From positions 1 through 31,644 of the forward strand of contig JBCCEA010000043.1 of the NCBI GenBank assembly GCA_039030515.1: 31,644 nt of DNA, written 5' to 3'. The stretch comes from Myxococcota bacterium. GTDB lineage: Bacteria; Myxococcota_A; Polyangia; Polyangiales; Houyiibacteriaceae. Both the position numbers and the translations under genes were made by a program. Positions 1 to 9,199 of this stretch are shown piece after piece. The notes under the pieces were generated by a model, which was not told where the DNA came from, searched no databases, and saw only the letters and a list, made by a program, of their open reading frames with translations. Within the stretch, counting starts at the first letter, position 1; each line of letters opens with the position of its first letter.

Positions 1-90
1 ACCACAGAACATTGGCGCTGTGGGTTTCGGTCGTCAATTCGCCCAACTAAGGCAAACGGGTTAGGCTTTCTTCAAAACAGCCATTGGTCC

Positions 91-428
91 CCAGCGGGTC
101 TAGGTTGGTCCAAACAGCAAGCGCCCCGGAAGCGCAGGAGTGAAGGCGTACTTAAGGTACGTTGAGCGACGAGCATCGGAGGTAAGCAGCTGTTTGGGCC
201 GACATAGGCCCGCTGGAGCGCAGACGTGAAGGCGTACTTTGAGTACGTTGAGCGTCGAGCAGCTTCGGTCAGCGGAAGAATCAGCCGGCCTCCTACACGC
301 CACAGACAGGCCGAGGGGGGTTGATTCTTCCTGCGCCCACGCAGCGCAGACGTGAAGGCGTACTTTGAGTACGTTGAGCGTCGAGCAGCGGAGGTAAGCG
401 GAAGAATCAGCCGGCCTCGGCCTGTCTG
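91..428. repeat. Cluster of REP/MITE-like palindromic repeats (three copies of a CGTAC-N5-GTACG core unit inside long inverted repeats)
   Basis: The unit AGCGCAG..GTGAAGGCGTAC-N5-GTACGTTGAGCG.CGAGCA occurs at ~131, 217 and 343. Inverted repeats lie at 91-118/189-216 (24/28 match) and 303-331/400-428 (26/29 match). Confidence 0.85.
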
Positions 429-1147
429 ATGAAGTCGACGTACTGACCATGCGTAATACAATGCCCCCAAACCCGAATCGTATCGCCCGGCAGAATATCT
501 GGCGGAATTTGCACGACGTAAACCGTTTCTTTTCCACTATTGGTGGTCCGGTCTACCCCTCCAAAAGCGCGATAGCGTCCTGAACTTGTGGCCGGGTTGT
601 TGGGCCAAGTACCAAACCTTGTTTCTAATTCGATCGCCTCGTCAGCCGTTGCCTTTCGAAGCCGAATCCAATTGTAGTAATGCCCTTCGGGATTATCGTC
701 GGTTGGAGACGCGTTGGGATGTTTGACATGCCCTTTGGAAGGATCGCCCCACATCAGTGGAAGCATTCCTGAGGGAATCTGAGCCGAGTCTATCTCAGGG
801 ATGTAAGGCAGGTGTTTGCCGAGGTGGGCGACTTCGCCATCCGGTCCATTGATCGAGTCCCGATAGGATTCTGGGATGGCGCCTCGGTTTCCACGGGTTC
901 GATTGAACGCGATCGCGTCCCAGTCTGCCGGCTCCATCCATGGAATAGGCAGGGCTTTTGCACTCTGTAAAGCGTCACTGGACGCCACCTGCAAGTCTAT
1001 CGCTGCTCCGGAGGAGAGAGATTCACGCTCGGCTCCGGTCGAGACGCCTCCACTGCGGCGACAAGCGACAAAGCTGGGCCAAACCGCTGCTGCGACTCCT
1101 GCCCCCGCGAGCTTGATAAAGTGCCTTCGTTTTCCGTCGTGCATCAT
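407..1147 (-). CDS. Tat-exported (probable lipo)protein with superoxide reductase/desulfoferrodoxin-like iron-site motifs
   Basis: N-terminal KRRHFIK, hydrophobic stretch and FVAC lipobox-like site. Ordered motifs GKHLPYI, KHP, GHYYNWI and HCITHG parallel the SOR motifs EKHVPVI, HPM, HYIEWI and YCNLHG. Confidence 0.6.
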   Translation of the reverse strand: MMHDGKRRHFIKLAGAGVAAAVWPSFVACRRSGGVSTGAERESLSSGAAIDLQVASSDALQSAKALPIPWMEPADWDAIAFNRTRGNRGAIPESYRDSINGPDGEVAHLGKHLPYIPEIDSAQIPSGMLPLMWGDPSKGHVKHPNASPTDDNPEGHYYNWIRLRKATADEAIELETRFGTWPNNPATSSGRYRAFGGVDRTTNSGKETVYVVQIPPDILPGDTIRVWGHCITHGQYVDFIRQAEAG

Positions 1148-1241
1148 TCACCTCGAACCAAGCTAGTGTATTCAAGCGCGGCCTTCACAACTCGCGCTTT
1201 CGAACAGTCAAAAATCTAACCTAGGTTGAATTCAAAACCAC

Positions 1242-2774
1242 CTAAATGGAAGCCAACCGAGATAGAAAGTAGGATCGAATTTCCGCTCGCGAGCGCTTGA
1301 GACTTCTCAGCGAAAGAGGCCCTTCACCCGGCATTGCCGCAGCGACTAGGCGAGGCCGCTCATGAGAAGCGAAATATTCGTAAAGCAACTCACGAAGCCC
1401 AGCTGGCTGAAGTTCTGCAAATACCGCGACCATCGCGATCCGCTCGCCCCACGTATCGTCTTGTACGCCAAAGACGCAAACGTCCCGAAGTTCGGGGATG
1501 AGCTGCAGCAAACGCTGCTCGAGTTCCACCGGATCGATATTTTCACCACCCGTTATGATTCTATCGGACTCTCGGCCAACGACTTCGATCGACCCATCGG
1601 GATACATCCGGCCTAGATCTCCCGTACGAAACCATTGATAGGGCGAGTGCACTGTAGCCTCACCGAGGTAACCCGAAAAGAGCATCGCTCCCCGCACCTC
1701 CAGAGGTCCAACGGAAGGTCGATGCGACGCAGAAGACACCCGTATGTCTGCGCCCTCAACGGGCCAAGCCCGAAGTCCTCGAGGCCCTTCAGTGGCTACT
1801 TGCGAGCAAGTTTCAGTCATGCCGTAGGTGAGCCGCACAGGCAAACCGCGTTTCCGTGCTTCATCCACCACATCCTTCGGACATGCGGCTCCACCCACGA
1901 GGAGCGTTCGCAGGCTTGGACTGAACGTAAGGCCTGCATCTAAAAGTTGACGCAGCATGGCCGGAACTAAAGAGGCTCGCGTGATCTGATGTCTATCGAT
2001 CGATTCGATGACCGACTGAGCAGCGAACCGTTCACCTCCGAGCACGACAGTACTTCTTGCAGCCACCATGCGGAGGATAATCGATAGTCCTCCGATATGA
2101 GCGGGAGGCAGCAACAAAAGCCAGCGCTCCGTGCCATGCTGAATAGGCCCCAGTCGCTCCTCGCTCGCCAGAACTGAAGCCGCAAGGGCACGACGAGACA
2201 AGGTAACGACCTTTGGCTTCCCCGTAGTGCCGCTCGTGGTGATGTACAGCACTGGAGTTTCCAGCTTCGTCGGCTCCCGCCAGTGACTCCCCGCGTCCAC
2301 CATAAAGCCCGGTAGCGGCTCGCTGACGTCAGGGAGGCTGGATTCTTGACAAGCGTCTATGCGAAAATCGGAATCTTTCGAGTCGACACAGATGGAAGCG
2401 CCAACACGATGCAGTCGACGCGCACGTTCTATACCGGTCAGCTTCGGGTGCACCAGCACGAAGGGACGCTCTTGCTCGAACAGCGCAAGCATCCAGATCA
2501 CCGAGGAGACGTCAAGTCTTGGACAAAACCCGAGGTTAGAGTTTGTATCGAAACCATCGAGTGCGTCTCGGGCTCTATGCACCAGACACGCAAGCTCTGC
2601 ATAGGTCAGCGATTCCAGGTTCTCCTTGGGATCGGTCGACGGCAGCGAAGGCCTCCAGGTCAGCGCGGTTGCCTCCGGCGCTTCTCTTGCCGCTGCAAAA
2701 ACGGAGAGTCTGCCCGCATGCTTCCTCGCTCGACATACGGCACGCTCGATTTGCTCGTGCACGGGCATGCTCAT
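1242..2774 (-). CDS. menE: o-succinylbenzoate--CoA ligase
   Basis: AMP-binding motifs TSGTTGKPK, YGMTET, FRTGDLG and GGENI; HIGGLSI; men cluster context. Start moved to ATG 2774, which forms an ATGA overlap with the menC stop. Confidence 0.9.
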   Translation of the reverse strand: MSMPVHEQIERAVCRARKHAGRLSVFAAAREAPEATALTWRPSLPSTDPKENLESLTYAELACLVHRARDALDGFDTNSNLGFCPRLDVSSVIWMLALFEQERPFVLVHPKLTGIERARRLHRVGASICVDSKDSDFRIDACQESSLPDVSEPLPGFMVDAGSHWREPTKLETPVLYITTSGTTGKPKVVTLSRRALAASVLASEERLGPIQHGTERWLLLLPPAHIGGLSIILRMVAARSTVVLGGERFAAQSVIESIDRHQITRASLVPAMLRQLLDAGLTFSPSLRTLLVGGAACPKDVVDEARKRGLPVRLTYGMTETCSQVATEGPRGLRAWPVEGADIRVSSASHRPSVGPLEVRGAMLFSGYLGEATVHSPYQWFRTGDLGRMYPDGSIEVVGRESDRIITGGENIDPVELEQRLLQLIPELRDVCVFGVQDDTWGERIAMVAVFAELQPAGLRELLYEYFASHERPRLVAAAMPGEGPLSLRSLKRSRAEIRSYFLSRLASI

Positions 2775-4102
2775 GATCCGGCCTCGTCTATGAGACACTC
2801 GGTCGCAATCGCAGACGCTAGAGAAACCCCGTGGCCTCGGCCCAACACCGGACGGATGAAGAAGTCCTCTCTGTAAGGCTTGGGCAGCGCAGGATGCGGA
2901 CCGAGACCTTGCGCGGTGATCGAATCTGCACGGCACGCGCTTTTTGTTTCTGCCGGCAGAGAAGTCGCCCAAAAGAGCGCAAAGGCCAATTCTGAAGAGG
3001 CCACCTGCGCCACCGCTGACGAGAACAGATGAGAGATCACCCATCTGAATTGCGATGATCTCAAAAAGCGTTGAGCTGAGAGGGCCAGACGCAAACAGGC
3101 AGAAAAGCCACCGAGCGCCATCGGCTTCAGCACCAAGAAAGCCACCTTTTCGCGCTCCAGTAGGACCTGCAATCCGTCGATGTCCGAATGCTGCAGCGAC
3201 TCGTCAAGCGCTATCGGCATATGCAGCGCCGTCGTGTGAAGCGCTTCCAAGCGCGACTGAGGGCCGCTTTTCCCCCAACGAGAATCCAAAGGCACATGTG
3301 GATCTTCGATAAGTTTGATTGGCTCTTCGATAAATTCGATGGGAACGTCGCTTAAATTGGCCGCGAAACGTTGAAATTGCGACCAGCTCAAAGCTCCATT
3401 CGCATCGAGCCGAAACCGGCAGGTCCCTTTGAGTTGACGGTGGAGGTGACGCACCCAAAGGGCATCTTCATCGAGGGTCGCTGGCGAAATCTTAAACTTG
3501 AGCGTCCGCGCTCCTTGATCTAACGATCGCTCGACCAGTTCCTGCCGAAATGTTTCGCCTGTGGATGCCGGAGGTACAAGAGCCGCGACCGGTAATCGCG
3601 CATCGACCTCGGCCACAGATCGTCTTCGAAACCGGTGCACGAGAAGAGACGCAAGCGAGATACCGAGATGGCGCGCAATCCAGTCGAGTAGCGCGGTTTC
3701 CAAAGCAAAGCGGGCGCTCGGAATCTGCGTACAAAACGGTAAGACCTGAAGCCGATCGCACCACCACTGCAGGGCTCGCCTCTCGAGATGCGGCGCGTCT
3801 GCTGTCGAGATTTCGGAATCACCTGCCGCCGGATCCCGCGTCGAGATGTGTCGAAGCTCGCCGAGAACCTCTTCGAGCCAGTTTGAAACGCGAGCCTCGT
3901 CGATATCGCGTAGCGCCTGATTCGCTTCCTCGAAAGTCTCCTTAGAGTATCCGGGCAGTGGGGCCGCTTCCCCCAGGCCAACCTCGTCCAAATGACGATG
4001 AAAGAGGAAGATCGCCCGCCGCTCACTCCACCGGTGCTTTGCATTCTGTGCCGGCTGCGGGAGGCACCATCGACGCCGAACACAGTTCAAACGAGGAGTC
4101 AT
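2771..4102 (-). CDS. menC: o-succinylbenzoate synthase (enolase superfamily)
   Basis: GLGEAAPLPGYS, KFK, RLDANG, EEP, ALDES and VLKP motifs. Start placed at ATG 4102, 4 bp after the menA stop. Confidence 0.9.
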   Translation of the reverse strand: MTPRLNCVRRRWCLPQPAQNAKHRWSERRAIFLFHRHLDEVGLGEAAPLPGYSKETFEEANQALRDIDEARVSNWLEEVLGELRHISTRDPAAGDSEISTADAPHLERRALQWWCDRLQVLPFCTQIPSARFALETALLDWIARHLGISLASLLVHRFRRRSVAEVDARLPVAALVPPASTGETFRQELVERSLDQGARTLKFKISPATLDEDALWVRHLHRQLKGTCRFRLDANGALSWSQFQRFAANLSDVPIEFIEEPIKLIEDPHVPLDSRWGKSGPQSRLEALHTTALHMPIALDESLQHSDIDGLQVLLEREKVAFLVLKPMALGGFSACLRLALSAQRFLRSSQFRWVISHLFSSAVAQVASSELAFALFWATSLPAETKSACRADSITAQGLGPHPALPKPYREDFFIRPVLGRGHGVSLASAIATECLIDEAGS

Positions 4103-4106
4103 CGAT

Positions 4107-5045
4107 TCAAAAAAAGATTCCCAGTGCAAAAAGGACACCGAAGACAAGAAGCAACTTTGCTGTAGAAACCAGCACTGGATTGAGCCGGGTGCCCCGAAGG
4201 CGGACAAGGGCGCGCAGCATCCACAGCGCCCAGGGAAGCGTGATGAGCGGCAGTAGGATCGCCGCCGTTACGTGCCCTGCCCCCAAGAGCAGAAGCGGTA
4301 TCGCGTAGCTTATTCCGATCATCAAAGCGTACTCCAGGACTCCAGCCATCCGGCCGAGCTTCACCACCAGAGTGCGTTTACCGACAAGCACATCGGTCTC
4401 GCGATCGCGAACATTGTTCACCACCAAAATAGCCGTGGCTAGAGCCCCTACCGGAACCGCAGCCAGAATCGAAAGCAGGGGAACGCTACCAAGTTGAACG
4501 TATGCCGTGCCGCAAACCGCCACCAGTCCAAAAAACACGAACACAAACAGATCGCCAAGTCCATTGTACCCGAGCGGAAAAGGCCCGCCGGTATACGCAA
4601 GCCCTGAAAGGATCGAGAGCACCCCGATCCACACGACAGGAGCGCCACCGACCCAAACCAAGTAGAGACCTACTAGCACAGAAAGCGCAAAAACAAATAT
4701 CATCGCACGCTTGACTGCGTCCTGGGAAAGAATTCCGGCCTGCACCACCCGAGTAGGACCCAAGCGCTCTTCTGTATCCGCACCTTTTTGAAAATCGAAC
4801 AGGTCGTTGGCCAGATTCGTTCCAATCTGAATCAAGCAGGCACCAATTAGCGCCGCGAGTGCGGGCCAGACTCGAAATCCGCCCTCTTTGTAGGCGACCG
4901 CGCTTCCGACAAGCACCGGAACGAATGCAGCGGTAAGGGTCGCCGGTCGAATGGCCATCCACCAAGCGGCGGCGAGCGACACCTCAGTCTCCACCCCGGC
5001 ACGGCGCGATGCATGCGCCGCAGAAGCACTAGACCGGAAGGTCAT
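4107..5045 (-). CDS. menA: 1,4-dihydroxy-2-naphthoate polyprenyltransferase
   Basis: [48 protein letters not shown]; multiple TM helices. Confidence 0.95.
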   Translation of the reverse strand: MTFRSSASAAHASRRAGVETEVSLAAAWWMAIRPATLTAAFVPVLVGSAVAYKEGGFRVWPALAALIGACLIQIGTNLANDLFDFQKGADTEERLGPTRVVQAGILSQDAVKRAMIFVFALSVLVGLYLVWVGGAPVVWIGVLSILSGLAYTGGPFPLGYNGLGDLFVFVFFGLVAVCGTAYVQLGSVPLLSILAAVPVGALATAILVVNNVRDRETDVLVGKRTLVVKLGRMAGVLEYALMIGISYAIPLLLLGAGHVTAAILLPLITLPWALWMLRALVRLRGTRLNPVLVSTAKLLLVFGVLFALGIFF

Positions 5046-5901
5046 CGATCCTCTCTTGGAGACACGTCTGAAGTATATGATCCGCTACCTGCGCCGGTGA
5101 CTCCAAGACGAGATTATGTCCACACTCGTCAAACGAATGCAGGGTCGCGTTCGGGCAGTGAAACCGTGCTTCTCTTGCAAGGTCGAGAAACTTCAAGTCG
5201 CGGGCTCCAACGAGAAAATGGACGGGCATCTCAAGATCCGGCAGATGGGGGTACATATCGGGCATGCGCGCTAAAGAGAGATTTTCGAGTGCTTTTGCGA
5301 GCCCAAAGGGGTCCTGACCGCAGCGGATCGCCCGCTGGGCGCAGCGTGCCTCCTTCGACACGCTGCGCTGCGTCGCAAAGAGAGGCAAAGCTTCCCAGTC
5401 GGACACGAACGATCGAAGCGACTCGGTGCGCAACTGGTGGATCCAGGGCGCTTCCCAACTCAGACGCTCCTGTCGTTCACGGAGACCTCTCAGTCCGGTA
5501 TGCGTCCCGATGAGCGTGGCTCCAGCAAACAAATGACCGTGCCGACAAAGCAATCCGAGCGCGAGTCTCCCCCCTAGAGAATAGCCGCAAAGATGCGCCT
5601 TTGTATCGAGATGACTCGACACGAGCTCGGCCAAACGGTCTACCTCTGCATCAAAGGTGCTTTGAGTCTGAACAGCAGAGAACGCACAAGAAGGCGGAGC
5701 ACAGTACTCCTGGGAGGAGGACTGAGTGACGACGTGCTCTGGGGAGGTGGACCGGGGGGGAAACGCAGCGCCCACGTGACCCAAAAGTGTCGGTCGAATC
5801 AACGACCAGTCTGAGGGCAGGTGAGCGGCCACCCCATCCCAACTGGCTGGTGCGCCGGTAAACCCGTGCAGAAGCACCAGAGGACTGACGTTCGAGCTCA
5901 T
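5029..5901 (-). CDS. menH: SHCHC synthase (alpha/beta hydrolase)
   Basis: LHGFTG, GYSLGGR nucleophile elbow, GARDLKF and GHN. ATG 5901 overlaps the menD stop (ATGA). Confidence 0.9.
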   Translation of the reverse strand: MSSNVSPLVLLHGFTGAPASWDGVAAHLPSDWSLIRPTLLGHVGAAFPPRSTSPEHVVTQSSSQEYCAPPSCAFSAVQTQSTFDAEVDRLAELVSSHLDTKAHLCGYSLGGRLALGLLCRHGHLFAGATLIGTHTGLRGLRERQERLSWEAPWIHQLRTESLRSFVSDWEALPLFATQRSVSKEARCAQRAIRCGQDPFGLAKALENLSLARMPDMYPHLPDLEMPVHFLVGARDLKFLDLAREARFHCPNATLHSFDECGHNLVLESPAQVADHILQTCLQERIDDLPV

Positions 5902-7706
5902 GTTTGACCCGTGGGACGTGCGATGCCCCGGGAATCGAACATCAGTCCATCCACACGAGCCCAATAGTTCTTTAAGTACGCAACCTCATCCCCTTTGCTG
6001 AGATCGATCTCCAACACCGAGGGTTCCGACGCTTCGATCGCCACCTTGAGCAAACGTTCGAGCTCGCCCGAATCGTGAGCGATGCGGTAGGGGAGACGGT
6101 ATTGCGCAGCCGCGTGCCGGAAATCGAGTCCATGCGAGGTGACAAAATGAGACGTTGCCGACCTGAGGTCATCACGTGCTCCAAGCGGCAAGCAGCGAAA
6201 TATCTGCCCGCCGTCGTTATTCAAAATGCAGATCACAAGCGATGCGCGCGCCCTCTCGCGGTTTCTGCTGGCACTCATGAGACTACCTAAATCGTGCAAG
6301 AAGCTTACATCGCCGATGGTCACTACCACGGGCTCCTCTGCCTGCAGCCAGGCTCCGACTGCACCCGCGATGTGTCCATCGATACCGTTGAGACCGCGCT
6401 GGGAAAGCACACGCAAGAAACTACCTTCACTTTGCGAGAATGAATCCGCATGCCTGATAGCGAGACTGTTACCAAGCATCCAGTACGCGCCCTGAGGGAG
6501 AGACTGACGAATTACTCGAAATACCTGGGCCACGTTGAACTCGGATGATGCAAAGAGTTCATCATCCAGCTGACGAACGCCTCCTGCCAGCTTCTGCCAA
6601 AGCTGAGCGTAGTCCTGCCGCGCGCACTCCACGGCCGCATTCCGCTCCTCGGGCACCGCTCGAAAGAATTCCTGCGGAGCCATCGCAAGTAGTGTGGTCG
6701 CAGTACCGTAAGGATCCGGCCATCCGTGCTCTGAGACGAGCAGTCGCGGGACTTCGGGACCGACGGATTCCATCAGTAGTTCAACACCCTTGGAAACCGG
6801 CGTATGACCTAGCTGGACGATGAGGTCGGGCCGGAGCGATCGTCGAAACGGAGAACGCAGCAAAGCGTCGAACGCACCAAAGCGCATCGGGTGGTGGGCA
6901 CCTCCGAAACGCAGGCCACTTGCCGGCTCAGGCAAAAGCGGCACCGAGTGCAGTTCTGAAAACGCCAGTGCCGAACTAAGAAAAGACGCTCCTTCTTCCA
7001 TCGATAGGGTGACAAAGGCGGGTCCGGCGATCAAAAGCGGTCGCTTGGCACTCTGAAGCATCCCGCATAGTTCAGCCGGCAACAGCGCATCTCCCCGTGT
7101 TGGCAGTTCGAGTCGAGTCGGAGCTTCCCCTCCGAATCCTGCGCCAGTGATGCCAATAGGTGGCTCAAACGGTTTTTTTGCCCTGACGTTGAGATGCACG
7201 GGACCGGGCTGAGGGCCGGTCGCACTATGGATCGCTCTCGATGCGGCTCGTCGCAAAGACGCGAGAGAGCGTTCGTCTTCCTGCGCTGATCCCAAGTCGA
7301 GAAAGAAACGCACGTGTCTACCAAAGAGATGTTGTTGGTCGACGGTTTGGGGAGCGCCCGCCTCATGCAGTCGATGAGGGCGGTCTGCAGATAGAATGAC
7401 GAGCGGCAGACAGGCAGCGGAAGCCTCGAGCACGGAGGGGTAGTAGTGGGCCGGTGCCGAGCCGCTGGTGCAGAGCAGCAACGCGGGCCTACCGGTGACG
7501 CGAGCATGTCCCAGCGCCATGAAACCGGCGCTCCGTTCATCCACAACGTCGACCACATCGAGGCTGGGATGGGCGTGCACGGCAAGCACAAACGGCGTGC
7601 TGCGAGAACCAGGACTCAGAAACACCCGGGTGATGCCTGAGCGTGCGAGCGCATCCACCAAAGTTTCCGCCCAGATCGCTTGCGCTTTAGAGATCGGCTG
7701 CTGCAT
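5898..7706 (-). CDS. menD: SEPHCHC synthase (ThDP-dependent)
   Basis: SPGSRSTP, DERSAGF.ALG, CTSGSA, ADRP, GNSLAIR, RGLNGIDG and GDVSFLHD...NNDGGQIF. Confidence 0.96.
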   Translation of the reverse strand: MQQPISKAQAIWAETLVDALARSGITRVFLSPGSRSTPFVLAVHAHPSLDVVDVVDERSAGFMALGHARVTGRPALLLCTSGSAPAHYYPSVLEASAACLPLVILSADRPHRLHEAGAPQTVDQQHLFGRHVRFFLDLGSAQEDERSLASLRRAASRAIHSATGPQPGPVHLNVRAKKPFEPPIGITGAGFGGEAPTRLELPTRGDALLPAELCGMLQSAKRPLLIAGPAFVTLSMEEGASFLSSALAFSELHSVPLLPEPASGLRFGGAHHPMRFGAFDALLRSPFRRSLRPDLIVQLGHTPVSKGVELLMESVGPEVPRLLVSEHGWPDPYGTATTLLAMAPQEFFRAVPEERNAAVECARQDYAQLWQKLAGGVRQLDDELFASSEFNVAQVFRVIRQSLPQGAYWMLGNSLAIRHADSFSQSEGSFLRVLSQRGLNGIDGHIAGAVGAWLQAEEPVVVTIGDVSFLHDLGSLMSASRNRERARASLVICILNNDGGQIFRCLPLGARDDLRSATSHFVTSHGLDFRHAAAQYRLPYRIAHDSGELERLLKVAIEASEPSVLEIDLSKGDEVAYLKNYWARVDGLMFDSRGIARPTGQT

Positions 7707-9195
7707 CCAACGCTGCGCTCATCGAAAGATCGGCTGCCGCATCTACTTTTTTGCGCAGAGTCGGCAGTGCCCGCATCACAGCCCGCATTTTCAGCTCTGT
7801 TTCCGAATACTCAAGCTCAGGGACAGAACCTGCAACAATCCCCGCCCCAGCATAGACGAAGGCGCGGTCCCCGTGAACCAAGCACGACCGCAAAGCGACC
7901 CAAAAATCACCATCACCGTTCGCATCAAGCCATCCGATAGGCCCGGAGTACCAACCACGAGAGGCAGGCTCTTCGCGTGCAATCAGCTGCTGCGCTCGCT
8001 CTTTGGGAACGCCTCCCACAGCAGGTGTGGGATGCAGCGCATCCACCAGGTCGACGATGTGGCTACGCTCCCGGAGCTGTCCGCGAACCAAGGTTTGGAG
8101 ATGCGCTACGTCTTGCAGCTCTAGGAGACCCGGCGCGGGGTCTACGATCACTCGAACGCATCGAGGCCTCAGCTCGGCGACAATGGCGTCGACCACCATT
8201 TGATGCTCTCGGAGATCCTTGTCGCTGCTCAGCAGCGTCTGCTTTGCCTCTGCGGCACTCGATCCTGCAAGGGCTTGACTGTAGACCTCACGGGCTCGCT
8301 TTTGCACCAGTCGCTCTGGCGTCGCTCCCACAAACAGCCTACCCGATCGTCGGAACACAAACCGTGTACAGTCTGGATATCTTTCACTCAGATTGTGAAT
8401 GATAGTCTCCGGCCGCGGCATTGAATTACATCGCAGCGAAGCACGTCTAGCGGCCACCACCTTACTCAGCTCGCCTGCCTCAATGCCGCTCAGGATATCT
8501 TTTACGCGTGCGATGAAACTGCACTCGGCCTCATCTTCCAAGGCAAACGCCGCATCGCCTGATTTCTGCACCTCGCTTGCAAAACTCAGGTGAGCCATCG
8601 CAAAGGTCAGTCGGCCGACCTTTTCATCTATGATTTCTGGGGAGAGCCGATCTTCGTTCACGACAAGGCTGAGTAGAGCTCTTCCTCTCTCCACAACGTA
8701 TGTGAGTTCCGGCAGCGTAAAACTCGCGTCGCCATAGGGGGACCAGGAGCTCTGTTCTGCTCCGCCAGGGGCGAAGGCAAAGCCGCCAAACATTCGAAGA
8801 TCGCCGCCGTCCTCCGGACCCAGAAAGCACATCTTTGCGAAACATTCTTTGGCCTGTTGCCGGACCGAGGCGAACCGAGCACTTCCGACTCCGGCGCAGC
8901 TCCACACCGATCCGAGGGCTGCCGCAGAGGGTCCCTCCTTAGGCAACCAGACGACCGCGTCCTGAGATTCATCAAACGATAGAAGACGCTCAGGACGAAC
9001 TAGAGGCGCTTCAATGGTGCATACCAAGAGGCGGGTACCCTCAGAGGAGTGAGGATCGGAGTTTTGGCAATAGCTTTGAAGTCGACTTCGAGCCGCTTCG
9101 ATGCCCTCAAGGTCTAGCTCGACTGAGGGCGGCAGGGTCACTGAGGGCGCCGAAGCCACTGAGGGCGCCGGGGCCACTGAGGGCGGCAGGGTCAC
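7687..9195 (-). CDS. menF: Isochorismate synthase
   Basis: FGGFAF, KVVAAR, GATPERL, ALAGS, KDLREH, LHPTPAVGG, RGWYSGPIGW, LRS and AGAGIV..S..E..ET..K. Start set at GTG 9195 (GTGA overlap with the menG stop); the longer upstream frame overlaps menG. Confidence 0.92.
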   Translation of the reverse strand: MTLPPSVAPAPSVASAPSVTLPPSVELDLEGIEAARSRLQSYCQNSDPHSSEGTRLLVCTIEAPLVRPERLLSFDESQDAVVWLPKEGPSAAALGSVWSCAGVGSARFASVRQQAKECFAKMCFLGPEDGGDLRMFGGFAFAPGGAEQSSWSPYGDASFTLPELTYVVERGRALLSLVVNEDRLSPEIIDEKVGRLTFAMAHLSFASEVQKSGDAAFALEDEAECSFIARVKDILSGIEAGELSKVVAARRASLRCNSMPRPETIIHNLSERYPDCTRFVFRRSGRLFVGATPERLVQKRAREVYSQALAGSSAAEAKQTLLSSDKDLREHQMVVDAIVAELRPRCVRVIVDPAPGLLELQDVAHLQTLVRGQLRERSHIVDLVDALHPTPAVGGVPKERAQQLIAREEPASRGWYSGPIGWLDANGDGDFWVALRSCLVHGDRAFVYAGAGIVAGSVPELEYSETELKMRAVMRALPTLRKKVDAAADLSMSAALDAAADL

Positions 9196-9199
9196 TGAG
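9122..9199. repeat. 18-bp in-frame tandem repeat at the menG/menF junction
   Basis: ACTGAGGGCG-N8 units at 9122, 9140, 9158 and 9176, partial at 9194; encodes VTLPPS/VAPAPS/VASAPS/VTLPPS. Confidence 0.9.

Noticed and set aside
1..64. Possible 3' end of a + strand gene (PQNIGAVGFGRQFAQLRQTG*)
   Set aside because: Too short to support.
131..418. Possible CRISPR array
   Set aside because: Only three long units with irregular spacing (86 and 126 bp); the intervening DNA is inverted-repeat arms; no cas genes in the window.
72..537. ORFs 72-470 and 100-537 (-)
   Set aside because: Translations of the palindromic repeats that overlap the Tat protein gene.
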